A DNA stretch of 63,978 bases, filler included, from Pelomyxa schiedti (lineage: Eukaryota > Protista > Evosea): the NCBI GenBank assembly GCA_020536535.1. It is 10 parts of 10 records of this genome, joined end to end, with 100 filler letters (N's around TTAATTAATTAA, not from the genome) between each part and the next. Parts side by side here need not be neighbours in the genome. Positions count along the whole stretch, not along the records: positions 44,363 to 63,978 come from JAHLWZ010001104.1; 9 more parts are not named here. One strand, given 5' to 3'. Under the pieces are notes generated by a model that was not told where the DNA came from, did no database searches, and saw only the letters and a program-made list of their open reading frames with translations. The number at the start of each line of letters is the position of its first letter. The stretch's first letter is position 1. The position numbers and the translations under genes are program-made. Positions 46,921 through 59,573 of this stretch are shown here, one piece after another.

Positions 46921-49307
46921 TTACCAGAGAGGGAGGGAGGGAATGAAGATGTGGAGGGAGTCGAGGAGAAGACGAGGAGTAGTATGCTTCAGGAAAACAG
47001 CCCTGAGAACTGTGCTGACTGGTGTCGGAGCCGACGGACCAACAGAATTCACCAGCTTCTTTTTTTCCTCATGCATCTGGAACTGCAACCAATCTTCAGG
47101 TTTTGATTGGTTCAGGAGCGAGCCACACAAGCCGTCGATTCCATCAGGAAGGAAAATCTCAGCACCCACAAAAGCAGCAGCGTGTGCAGATGGCCGCGTA
47201 GCGAACTCGCGATCCAGAATCCTCTCAATCAATGTGTGCATGCATGGGCATGATTTCAGCTGGTAACCGAGGTCGATCGGTTTGGTTCTGATCTCTTCTT
47301 TTGTCTGGAAGAGGTTGACCCCGGCGCCACACAGAAGTCTCCAGAGAACACAGCCAATGGCCCAAACATCAGTCTTCGCGATATTATAGAAATCCCTTTG
47401 AGAGGAGAAAGGTGAATCTATCTGTGGGAAAATCGTGCATTCAAGACAAACCTTTGAACTGAAGTGGCACCTGAGTTGTTGTCAGACATTACAATCTGAG
47501 GTGTGAGAGCCTCTGGTGCTCTGTTGATTATATTCCCAGCAAGGCCCTCAGGGAAGTTGCACTCAGCCATTCCTGGACCTGTGGGTTGTGATGGGTCAAC
47601 AAAAACTGCATCTTCGAAGCCACTCAACACAACAAATTGCCCGTCAAATCCATTTCTCTGCATGGTGAGGATGCTGCTCATCTTGATGTCCATGTGGAAC
47701 ACTCCTCTTTTGTTGAGGAAATCAACCGTTGATAGCAACTGGAAGGCCACTTCCAAAAGTCTTGATGGGTGCAGCTTGACTTTTTCCAGGGCCACCAAAT
47801 TTGAAATTCCCAGCTCCTGAACAATGTAAACTGTTTCCTCGGGGAGTGGAGTGCATGAGGCAGAACGTTCATGCTGTGGGTCAACAGGTTTTTCGGTGCA
47901 ATCGGGAACCAAGGAATGTGATTGACGTGTGGTGTCCACGGAAAGTAAATTGGCCTGAGTCGATGGGAAGGTGGGAATTTTTAGAGAATGTTGAGAAATA
48001 ACTGACCTGTGTTGGACCATAAAAGAGAGTGAAGATGTTTGCAATTCCCCAGTGGGGGTTTTGCAGCAGAGTTACGTATTCATTCCCAAGACCATGGTGT
48101 CGAGGTCTTGGTTGAGTTGACAACTGCAATTCTACAGCTTTGGGAAATAGCATTTTGATTGCAATTCCTTGTGATAGCTTGCGGTGTAGGTCTATATGGG
48201 CCCTTGTCGAAAAAATGGAATTTGCTTTCAGTTTCCCCTCACTCACAACTCCTTTGGTGCCAATTCCAACAACCTTTGGATATTTACATGGCTGACAGTG
48301 AGGTAGATTTAAAACTTGAGGGCCATGGAATTCAAAGTCCTCCATTCCAAGAGACCTCAGTGCTGTTACCCCAGATTCTGTAAGCCGCCCTACCATCTGT
48401 ATTTCGAGTAAAGAATGAAAAGAAATTAGGGATATGACCTGTTGGAAGAGAAGCTCTTCTGAAAATTGAGACATCCGCTCAAGTCGGGCTTTGGCCCGAA
48501 GGAGTTCTTGCCCCTGCTCCTGCAGAAGTTCGTCTTTTTCATGCATTTGTGTGGAATCACGCTTCGTGGAAATATGTTCTGCTTCCTCACTACAGACATT
48601 CAGTGGAGCCTTGGTGGGCGATGTAGCACCTCCCTTGGTGGTGAGTCCTGGGTATCGATTGTCCCCTTGTTTCCTGATTTTGGAGTAAATGATTGTCAAA
48701 AGGAGTCCTGTGGCAAGTGCTTGAGCAACAAATATGAAGACTGCCAGTGTACGTGCCCTGGGATCAGCACATTCTGATGTACTCATGAAACTACGCAATC
48801 TATGAGAGAAATAGGCGTAACGGGACTATACAATGTCCCCAGTATGAAACATACAAGGGCAGCTTGTAAGAATACATTAGAAAACCATAGAAGATAACAA
48901 CCACGCACCGAGTACGGCAAGAATTTGAGGGAACAATAATGGCCACCCCTGTGGGGGAAAAGCAATAGATGAGGTGAGAAATAGCGAATACAGAGAGTAC
49001 CTCAAAAAGGACAGAGAGAGGGATCACAAAGAAGTTAAATATGGCTGCACAAATTTCCGCAATGGCCCAAGCGCCAATCTGCACGCAACAAGTAAGCAGT
49101 GAAAAAAACAGAGTCACGGAGCCCAACATCACTGCAAAAGGCACCCGTTTCGCAGGAGGTACTGCACAACTCATACTCTTCGTTGAGGCGAGTCACAAGA
49201 ATGGCACCGGTGCTGAACACAGTGGCACAAGTCAACACAGTTAAGGGTATAACAACAAAGATGTCGCTTTGGGCCAGGTTACTGTTTCGGCGTATTCCGG
49301 CCGGCAT
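46921..49307 (-). CDS. Multi-TM PINK1-like pseudokinase, copy B
   Basis: Hydrophobic N-terminal segments with a Cys loop and a coiled coil, then GIGTKGVV, IAIKML, HMDIKMSS, VVLSGFE, GNIINRAPE, KTDVWAIGC and RPSAHAAA. Intactness of the 5' exons was not verified. Confidence 0.75.
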
Positions 49308-49560
49308 CCCCTTCGAGGTGGAACTGGAAAAAAACCCGGTTTGTGTTCTTCACTTGGCTGAATAAAATAATCAACAGACCGGAACGCCGTCAGTTTCGTT
49401 ATCGTCTGAGCTCAGTCTCTGGTGTTTTTTTTATTTATCTTTTTTTATTATTGACACGCTCGGGGCAACATTTTTTGGCGGTTGTCCGCGGACTTCCCAG
49501 AGAAAACTTACAAAACGGGAAGGTCGGTGTGTGTTTTTTTTTCTTCTTTGCCCGATTTGT

Positions 49561-49963
49561 TTCCTCTTTGACTGTCGCAAATCCGGCACCACCGGCTTTG
49601 GGGGCAAACTACTCCTCTTGTACCCGCGATCACAACGGGCCACGTCACGGATCACAGTTTGCAGCCCGAGGAGTCTCGGTCAGGGAAAAGGAAAGAAAAA
49701 AGCATTTTTTTTTTCGCTAACATCAGATCACCCAATCACTCGTAGCCGGAGAAAGTGAAGCACCCAAGCCCTCTGCGTTCAGATGCACGTGCACTCTCAT
49801 TTCATGCATTGCGCCTCCCAGCTCCTCAAGTCTCAAGCTGGACTGTGATTGTAGTGGAAGCAGACCAGTTTTTTTTTCCTCTTCAGGTGTCGCAAATCCG
49901 GCATCACCGGTCATGGGGGCAAACAGCTCCGCTTTGGGATGCGAATACAATGCCCCACGTCAC
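49561..49963 (+). repeat. Two diverged ~88-bp direct repeats (49561-49648 and 49876-49963)
   Basis: Shared core TGTCGCAAATCCGGCA(C/T)CACCGG...TGGGGGCAAAC...CCACGTCAC. Confidence 0.85.
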
Positions 49964-51234
49964 CACCCACAGTTTGGTAAGTCTATTGGATAGATGTCTT
50001 TCCGGACACTTCTAAGAGTTTTTTTGCCCCCAGTGGGCAATGGATATATGTTGATCATCATCAACATGATGGCCGCGAAGCTAATGCGCGAGAATGGAAT
50101 CCACAGGTGGATCACGTCACCGACATCAAGGATCGCGCCGAGACAGCAGCGAAATCCACGATGGCACCACCACACAAGAAAAGTCGCACGCTCTTAAGCC
50201 AAACCAAAATTGTTTTATTGTGGCCAAAGTCAAATAGAAAAACATTATTCATCTTGCTTGTTTCTAACCGTTAGAGCGGGATGAATAAAAAGGAAAGCTT
50301 TAGTCCATTTGTAGTGAACCAACCTATATACCTGATTGTACCATTCTGTGAAATCTGTTACTAACATGTGGTCCGGAGCCAAGGTTGTAACGCTTTCGGG
50401 GTCGTTTTGGCTGAGGTGCTGTGGCAGTCTCCTTGGGAATGGGTGCCACTTGTGAAGCTGAAGGTCTGTGTTTGTGTGGCTGAGGAACAGCTTGTGCTTG
50501 CTTTTCTTTGAAGAAGCCACAGCTGTTTTTGTTGTTTCCATGTTTCCAGTTTTTGCAGCCCAGTCAGAGATGGCTTTCCTTCATGCATTTGCAGATGACT
50601 TTCCTGCAGTGTCAGTGAGATGCAGTGCAGCTTGTAATCAGCAGCAATTCAGAAGGGAAATGAGAAATCCCCAGATATGAACAATCTTCTCTTTCTGAGT
50701 TGATGCATAAAATGTATGGTCTTGCTTCACCAGAGATTACCCCTTGTGGAATTCCAATTTTAGAAGAAAGCCTTGGTGGAGGAGGATTTGGGGTGTCAAA
50801 GATGTCGAAATGTGAAGCCAATGTTATATTTTGGGACAATAGTGACTGTGGATGTGTTAGACCTCGAAACCATCATGCCACAACTTCTTATGCACTACCA
50901 CATACCACAACAGTTTACCCACAATCAAACAGGTTTTTTGTAATCAATTTAGGGGAATGATACAATCTGGTCCAGGTGCCGGAACATTGTACTTTTTTTT
51001 TCCGGCACCCATCCAGTTACTGCCACTTTTTGGGTTTCCTCAGTCCCAGTGCCTCCTTTTTCACTGGGAACCAAGGGAAACACTGCTCACAGCTCTGTAC
51101 TACCTTCTCCCCCTGGTTCAACACGATTTTGACACCATCTGGACCAGATCCAGAATTTTCTTGTGTTTTTTGGGTAGAGTTGGTTTGACCCCCAATAATC
51201 ACGCTAGCTCCTCCACCTATACTTCCAAAACAGG

Positions 51235-51755
51235 CCCAGCCTACCAGCTGTATTGTGGGTTAAGCAAGCAACTTCATTACAACGAGACCTACGTCGTAGC
51301 AGTCCTCAGATGCAACACTGTCGAGCGCAAGTGACATGCCGGTACGAAATACAAGACCACAATAGCACCATATCCCTAGCAAGCCCGCTACCAGGTCCCT
51401 CTTTGTCAGGCCCCTCCGTCGCTGGGCGCACACCCACGGCACCCGGGCTCCCACAAAATCAATAGTTCTTCGCGAAAGAAAACAACTGGCTTGGGCCACG
51501 TAACCAGCATTTTTGCGTATCAAGTGTATACTAAAAATAGAGGGATGGAAGAGCCACGGGGTGGTCTGTTGTGCAGGTATCCCGCTGCAGCCTCACCACA
51601 AAAGCAACAGCGAGTGCTGCCGAGGGCCGCGTATAAAGCTTGGCGATCCAGAATCCTCACAAGTACTTGTGCACATCGGCATTCCCCTTTCAGCAGGTGG
51701 CTGAGCTCGATCGGCTTTGTTTTGATATATTTTTATGTCTGTAAGAGGTTGGAGT
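51235..51755 (-). pseudogene. Fragments of the pseudokinase family (A-type N-terminus and a C-lobe piece)
   Basis: ~51240-51480 matches ~46000-46270 (GLLGIWCYCGLVF, EDCYDVGLV), and ~51630-51750 matches ~52090-52210. Confidence 0.7.
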
Positions 51756-51810
51756 AGATGACATACTCATTCCCAAAAAGCAAAAAACCCTTGGCACACC
51801 GGGTTCTATT

Positions 51811-54180
51811 TTAGAAGAGAGGGAGGGAAGGAATGAAGAGGTGGAGGGAATCAAGGAGAAAACGGGGAGTGGTATGTTGCAGGAAAACAGTCCTGAGAAC
51901 TGTGCTGACTGGTGCCGGAGCCGACGGAGCAACGGAATGCACCAGCTTCTTTTTTTCCTCATGCATCTGGAACTGCAACCAATCTTCAGGTTTTGATTGC
52001 CTCAGGAGAGAGCCACACAATCCAGCGATTCCGTCAGGAAGGAACATCTCAGCACCCACAAAAGCGGCAGCGTGCGCTGCCGAGGGTCGCCTAGCGAAGT
52101 CGCGATCCAGAATCCTTTCGAGCAATGTGTGCACACATCGGCATTCCTCTTTCAGTTGGTCACCGAGGTCGATCGGTTTGGTTCTGATCTCTTCTTCTGT
52201 ATGGAAGAGGTTGATTCCGGCACCACACAGAAATCTCCAGAGAACACAGCCAATGGCCCAAACATCAGTCTTCGCGATATTATAGGAAGCCCTTGTGAGA
52301 GGAGAAAGGTGAATTTATCTGTGGGTGTGAAACATTCAAAACAAACCTTTGAACTGAAGTGGCACCTGAGTTGTTGTCGGATACTAAAATCTGGGGGATG
52401 AGAGCTTCTGGTGCTCTGTTGATTATATTCCCAGCAAGGCCCTCAGGGAAGTTGCACTCAGCCATTCCTGGGCCAGTGGATTGTGATGGGTCAACATATA
52501 CGGCATTTTCAAAGCCACTCAACACAACAAATTGCCCGTCAAACCCTTTTCTCTGCATGGTGAGGATGCTGCTCATCTTGATATCCATGTGGAACACTCC
52601 TTTTTTGTTGAGGAAATCAACTGTTGACAACAACTGGAAGGCCACTTCCAAAACCCTTGACGGGTGCAGCTTGACTTTTTCCAAATTGGAAATTCCCAGT
52701 TCCTGAACAATGTACACTGTTTCCTCAGGGAGTTCATGCTGGGGGTCAACAGGTTTTCGGGCGCCATCGGGCACCAAGGAATGTGATTGAAGTGTGCTGT
52801 TCACAGAAAGTAAATTGGTCTGGTTTGCAGGAAGGGATTTCAGGAAGTTTAAGGGAATTGATAAATGACTGACCTGTGTTGGACCATAAAAGTGAGTGAA
52901 AATATTTGCAATTCCCAAGTGGGGGTTTTGCAGCAGAGTTACGTATTCATTCCCAAGAACATGGTGCCGAGGTATTGGGTGAGTTGACAACTGCAATTCT
53001 ACAGCTTTGGGAAATAGCATTTTGACTGCAATTCCTTGTGATAGCTTGCGGTGTAGGTCTATCTGGGCCCTTGTCGAAAAAATTGAGTTTGCTTTCAGTT
53101 TCACCTCACTCACAACTCCTTTGGTTCCAATTCCAACAACCTTTGGACATTAAAAGCGGGCAGTAAGGTAGATGTAAACTTTAGCGCAATGGAATTCCAA
53201 GTCCTCCATTCCAAGAGATCTCAGTGCTGTTACCCCAAAATCTGTAAGCCGCCCTACCATCTGAATTTCGAGGAGAGTAAAGAATGACGAAGAAATTATT
53301 GATATGACCTGTTGGAAGAGAAGCTCTTCTGAAAATTGAGACATCCGCTCAAGTCGGGCTTTGGCCCGAAGGAGTTCTTGCCCCTGCTCCTGCAGAAGTT
53401 CGTCTTTTTCATGCATTTGTGCTGCGGAATCATGTTTCGCGTGTATATATTCAGCTTCCTCACTGCAGACATTCAAGGGACCCTTGGTCGGAGATGTCGT
53501 ACCTCCCTTCGTGAGGAGTCCTGGGTACCGATTGTCCCTTTCTTTTCTGATTTTAGAGTAAATGATTGTCAAAAGGAGTCCTGTGGCAAGTGCTTGAGCA
53601 ACAAATATGAAGATTGCCTGTGTATTTGCACTGGATGCAGCACATTCTGATCCGGACACCCACCTACGCAATATATGAGAGAAACAGGAGTAATGGTACT
53701 ATACATTGCCCCCACTATGAAACATGCTAGGCCATCTTAATATTACATTAGAAAACCATAGAAGCAAACGAACACCCACAGAGTATGGTAACAATTTGAG
53801 GGAACAATAATGGCCACCCCTGTGGGGAAAGAGAAGCAACAGGTTAGGTGAGAAATATCGACTACGGTGAGGACCTCGAAAAGGAGAGAGATAGGGATCA
53901 TAAAGAAGTTAAGTATAGCTGCAGGAATTTCCATAACGGCCCAGACGCCAATCTGCACGCAACAAGTAAGCAGGGGAAAAAAAGCGTCACGGGACCCAAC
54001 ATCATAACAAATGGCTTCCGGAAAGCAGGAGGTGGTGCACAACGGATACTCGTCGAAGCGGTTAGCCACAAGAATGGCGCCGGTGCTGAACACAACGCCA
54101 CAAGTAATCACCGTTAAGGGGAGAACCACAAACACATCGCTTGGTGTCAGGTTACTGTTGCGGCGTATTCCGCCCAGCAT
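51811..54180 (-). CDS. Multi-TM PINK1-like pseudokinase, copy C
   Basis: Collinear paralog of copy B with HMDIKMSS, SGFENAV, RAPE and RPSAAHAAA. Confidence 0.75.
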
Positions 54181-54618
54181 CCCCTCGATGTACCAAAATT
54201 GGTAAAAAAACGGCTTGCTTTTCAGCCTGGCACCTGGGAAAAAATAGTACACGGGTGTGCAAATGACCGGAGAATTGAGCGTTCAAAATGACAGGTTGTT
54301 TGAAGATACCACCATCAAAAAATTGGAGTTTGGGCTCTTTACACTTGGCACGGTTCGCGATTTTGCGGTTGGAACTTGGGGAGAGAAAAAGTTCAGGCAC
54401 TTGAAACACCAGCATTGTGGACCCAAACAGTGATTTTTTGTTTTTTTTCCTTTTTCCTCCCCCAACGCCAACCGCAAGCAAACGACTGGGAGGGGTCGTT
54501 TGAAGTGTAAAAACTCCTGCCCGCTCCAGTTTTTTTGTCCGCGGTTTTTCAAAATTTGGGGCTTCATGCCAAGGCCTCATTCTCATCACAAACGCACACC
54601 GGTGTAATGTCACCATTT

Positions 54619-57071
54619 TTAGAAGCGAGGGATGAAGCTGTCGAGGGACTCAAGGAGAAGCTGAGGGGATGTCTGCTGCAAGAAAACAACCTCGAGCAGC
54701 GTGCTGACTGGCGTCAGGACTGGTGACGTCCCACCGGTGGCCTGCTGCTCCCTTCTCACCTGCTCTGCAACCACCTCATTTTTCTTCTTGTACAGAATAC
54801 TTGCATGATTTAAGGTTAAGCTGGTCGCCGAGGTCGATCGGTTTGGTCCTGATCTCTTCTTTTGTCTGGAAGAGGTTGACCCCGGCGCCGCACAGAAGTC
54901 TCCAGAGAACACAGCCAATGGCCCAAACATCAGTCTTCGCGATATTATAGAAATCCCTTTGAGAGGAGAAAGGTGAATCTATCTGTGGGAAAATCGTGCA
55001 TTCAAGACAAACCTTTGAACTGAAGTGGCACCTGAGTTGTTGTCAGACATTACAATCTGAGGTGTGAGAGCCTCTGGTGCTCTGTTGAGTACAGTCTCAG
55101 CAAGGTACTCATTTAGGTTGCACTCAGCCATTGCTGGGCCAGTGGATTGTGATTGGTCAACAAGAACTCCATCTTCGAAGCTACACAGCACATAAAAAGA
55201 CCCCTCAAACCCGTGTCTCTGCATGATGAGAATTCTGCTCATCTTGATGCCCATGTGGAACACTCCTCTTTTGTTGAGGAAATCAACTGTACACAGCAAC
55301 TGGAAGGCAATTTCCCAAACCCTTGGTAAATCCACATGATCCCTCTCAATGGCCGCCAAGTTTGAACTTCCGAGCTCCTGAACAATGTACACTGTTTCCT
55401 CAAGGAGCCCGTGCTGGAGGGCAATAGGTTTTCCCGCGCCATCATCCACCAAGCAGTGTGGTTGATGTGTGCTGTCCACAGAAAGTAGATTGGTCTTTGG
55501 AGAGGGGAAGGAATTTCAGGAATTTTCAGGGAATGTTGAGAAATAAATCACCTGTGTTGGTGCGCGAAAGCTGGTGAAGATGTTTGCAATTCCCAGGTGG
55601 GAGTTTTGCAGTAGAGTGACATACACATTCCCAAAAGCATGACCTAGAAGCCTTGAGAAATTTGACGACAGGAAATGATCATCAGCATAGGGGCTTAGCA
55701 TTTTGACTGCCATTCTTTGTGATAGATGATTCCATAGATCTATTGGGGCCCTTGTCGAAAAAATCGAGTTGACTTTTAAAGTCACCTCACACACAATTCC
55801 ATGCCATCCAGTTCGAAGTGGTCCTATAAAGTCAAGGTCTTCAATTCCAAGAGTCCTTTGTGCTGCTATAGGAACCTCTGTCAGTTGTTCCGCCATCTGG
55901 ATTTCCAAGAGAGTAAAGACTGAAAAAAAACAATTGAAGTATGACCTGTTGAAATCGAAGCTCTTCATATGATCTTTTACAATCATCCCGTTCTTTCTCC
56001 ACTTCATTTGACTGAGGAACAGGACTGGCAGAAGAAACAGGAAGGTGGTTGCTCTCTAGCAAGGCGTATGCCTTCTTCAGCTTTTCGTTTTCTTGTGAAA
56101 TGTCCTTGATGCGTAATTTTAGGGCTTTCAGTTCAACGTCGAGAGGCTGAAACTCTTTCTCTCTGTTATCCAGATCACTTCTTAGTGCGAGTATCTGTTG
56201 CTCCAATTCTTGTATATGTACAGAGTAACTCTGCTCCAATATCTGGGCTTGCAAATCTTTAAAATTCTTGTCTTTGTTGCCTAATTTCGGTTTCACTGAA
56301 GCACATTCTTGTTGAAAATTTGCAGACTGTAAAACTGTGTTCGGGGGCTGAGCAGGCTGGTCGTTCTGAAGTAATTCTACTGAAGAATTAGATTCCTTGT
56401 TTATAGGTGGCTTCTGTACTCTTGCTCGACGATGTATCCCTTGAATGGAGGCAGCATAGACCCTTCCGGTGGGGTCCTTTTCTGAATATATTGCAGTAAA
56501 TCATTTCTGCAAGGACTACTGCGGAAATTGTATGTGTGACCAAGCCCAAGACAGATTGGGCATGTGTATCTGAAGAAAGACAGAGAGAAACCGTCTTATA
56601 ACTACGCTATACATGAGAGAAAGATGAGTAACGGTATGGTACGCCAACCCGTGTACGATGCAGTAAAGGGCATCTTTACTGAATTAGAGAAACACAGAAG
56701 AAAAAGAAACAAGCACTCACAAGCCAGAGTGCCTAGTTGAGGAATCACAAACAGCCACCCCTGCAATGAGAGAAAGTGAATGAACGAGAGTGTTAATAAG
56801 TTGTAGTGCGAGCACTTGTGAGTACCTCCAAAAAGGCCGAGAAGGAAATCACAACGAAGTCAAGTACTGCCGCGAGAGTTTCGAGCCTACCCCATAATAC
56901 AAACTCTTGGAGGCAATTTTTGCAATTGTAGGTGCAGACAGGAATAAAGCAAACGCCGATCTGAACACCACAAGCAATCCCGTTTAACAGCAGCACCAAA
57001 GCTCCCTCGCAAAGTTTCAGTCCATTTCGGTGTATTCCGCACCGGCACTTCCCTGCTCGCCGCAGCCACAT
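54619..57071 (-). pseudogene. Multi-TM PINK1-like pseudokinase, copy D (longer coiled coil; C-lobe deletion and frameshift)
   Basis: HMGIKMSR, VLCSFED and RAPE are present. The ILDR..RPSA segment is absent near 54800 and the start region is degenerate. Confidence 0.7.
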
Positions 57072-57309
57072 GAAAAAAAAAACTGATTCTCTGTGCAGTG
57101 GGAAAACCGAGTTGGTTTGATGTGGTGAAATTCGCCAAAAACAATGTCAGAAAAAAACAGGTTCATCTTGATTTTTGATTATTTCTTCTGCGAAAAAAAA
57201 AAGATGGGTCCATTTGCCTGCGCTGCTCGTGGTCTGTGATAGAAACTGGACACCCCTATTGCACGTCTTATTCTTTTATAGTTTGGTATAGCACGGTATT
57301 TGGTTTTGT

Positions 57310-59136
57310 CTAGTTGATTTCCTTTTCCTTCTTCTTCTTGCGGAGGCTCTCATTCAACTCCTTTAGCTCTTCAGCAGTTGGGTAGAACAGCCCATCAATT
57401 TGGACAATGCCGTTATAGACGAACATTCCCAACAGCAGCAAGAGGAAACCACACTGTGTAAAGTGAGTTAAAACTGGAAAAATGGGAAAAGTAGTACCAG
57501 TTGGAGGTAACTCCACTCGGTCCACACTTCTCCAAAGGCTGGGTCATCAGTGATAACGTAATGGATGAACAAATCTGTCACCCAGATGCAGGCTGTCCTC
57601 AGGGCCTCCAGGATGGTACGAATCACAGAGCTGGTGACCTGTGTTACTGTTTGGGCAGTTAGAGACTGAAACGCCAGATAGTGGAAAAGAGAGTCCGAAT
57701 CATACCGTACATGCCGAACATGTTATAGCACAGAATGGCAGTTGCATATGCAACGATGGTACCCGCCAAAGCACCATTGTTTCCAATCATAATGAAAGAG
57801 TCAATTGTATCCTCTCCAATGGGGGCTGTAAGTGTAAGTTAGTTGTGCACGTGATTACGAAGGTGTAGGCTTACGAGGAATCCAGTAAACAATCACCAAC
57901 ACGACGGAGCAAACCATGCCTCCCCACAATCCTTCAAGACCGACAATCAAAGTTGGAGGAAGCTTAACATTGGCCATCAGGGCTTCTTCAATAACAATTT
58001 GGGAAGCCTGAATGACTTGGCTGTTCGATAGATTAGCTATATTATCCAGGTGAGGTTGGGAAAACTTACGCAGCAACGACCAAGAGAATACCAGTGACTT
58101 CCTCAGTTGTTGTAACAACCTGGGGAACGTGTCAAAACCTGGGGGAAAAAAAAAGACTGAGACAAACCTCGGATGATGAAAAGGAGTGTCCAGAAGAGTA
58201 GCTGAAAATAATCTTTGGAGTGGTGCAAGGTGACATCAAAGATGAAACGGCAACAACACAAAGGGCAACGACGACAATACCAACTCCAATCCATCTTAAG
58301 AGCGTCAGAACTTTTTTAACTATCGTGGTGTTACCTATACATGCACATCCATTTTTTCAAGAAAACTCTGCTGAAAATGGCAGTAAATACGACCATTGAG
58401 CCTCTTAGCATCTGAACACCTTGAGCGCAAGCCCGACACGTTACTTTAAGTAGTGTACCTGCCACACGGATGCGGGAATCCATAGCAACCCAATGTTCAT
58501 AGAAGCAGTGGCAACAAGGTCACACATGGCTGGGGCAATAGCAAGCATATATTGCTATCGAAAGCATTACCAGCAGTAAAAAGTCTATTTAACAAACCTT
58601 CCAAAGAGGAAGAGCAGGAGCAGCTGGTTCCTCGTTAATATTACCCTTCAGTGGTCTTGTTTCCTCTACTAGAGTCAGTGACGAAAAGCGTAGAGGGTCA
58701 TACCTTCAGGTCTGCCCTTGCGTGTGCAGTGTTGTACTATTCTCATGCCTTCGTAGACCGCAAGGCAACCGAACATGCTATTTAAAAGTTGGAAGAAAAC
58801 ACCAATGGAAAGGTAACACCAACCCGACGAACATGACCTCTGTCTGAAACCTGGTATATTGTTAGAAACATAAGTAGGAAAGGATTGGGTACCATGGTTT
58901 CTCAAATTTGTGAACGTCTCCATCCTTTCCTTCAGCTTTTTTATTTAAGCAAAACGAAAAGAAGGGAATAGTTTTACGAACACACATTCCATGTTGAAAA
59001 TGACCCTAAATTATTGATTACCAATGGAAATGATTCAAAGCAAAATATACTTCTGAATGACGACCGTGCACGTGCCAAACACGAGCATGCCCGTGATGAC
59101 AATGGCTTGTTTGACAATCAATGGAATTTCCGGCAT
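57310..59136 (-). CDS. SLC35F6-like DMT/nucleotide-sugar transporter
   Basis: GMLVFGT, HKFEKPW, PAMCDLVAT, ASVWQMLRGSMVVFTAIFS, Q.VIEE, VGLEGLWG, RTILEALRTACIW and GMFVYNG. Confidence 0.88.
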
Positions 59137-59573
59137 TTCTTCAACGAAGGGTTGGTAAAAGCCAACAAGGTTGCGTGATTATGCAGGCGGGAAAGGCAAA
59201 ACTAAAGAAAAAAAAAGAGACACACATAGCGACAAGGAGCAAAACACAAAGAAACAAAAAGGCGAGATCTGGTCGAAGAACTAGGGTCGTACCGGTTGCA
59301 CGCCCCCTTGCTGCTGTTGATTTTTTTTCTTTTAATCACTTTTTTTCGTGAACGGAAAAACCCCTGAACGTCGGCAATTGTATGGAAACCCCAGAAGATT
59401 CCCAAGCCCCACCGGGTGCAGTTGGTTTAGAAAAAACCTAAATTTCTATGGCGCCAGATGTGCACTGAACAGAGGCCTCTCAGGAGTCGTGCACATGTTC
59501 ACGTGAACAACAAAATAGCTCACCAATTGGGTCTTCAAGTTCACGTATTTGTGTTTGTTCACAATTTGTTTCT

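Noticed and set aside
50245-50960. LGGGGFG as a kinase Gly-loop or RT motif in a CpG-poor segment
   Set aside because: No supporting downstream motifs and many stops. Probably a decayed fragment that cannot be assigned.
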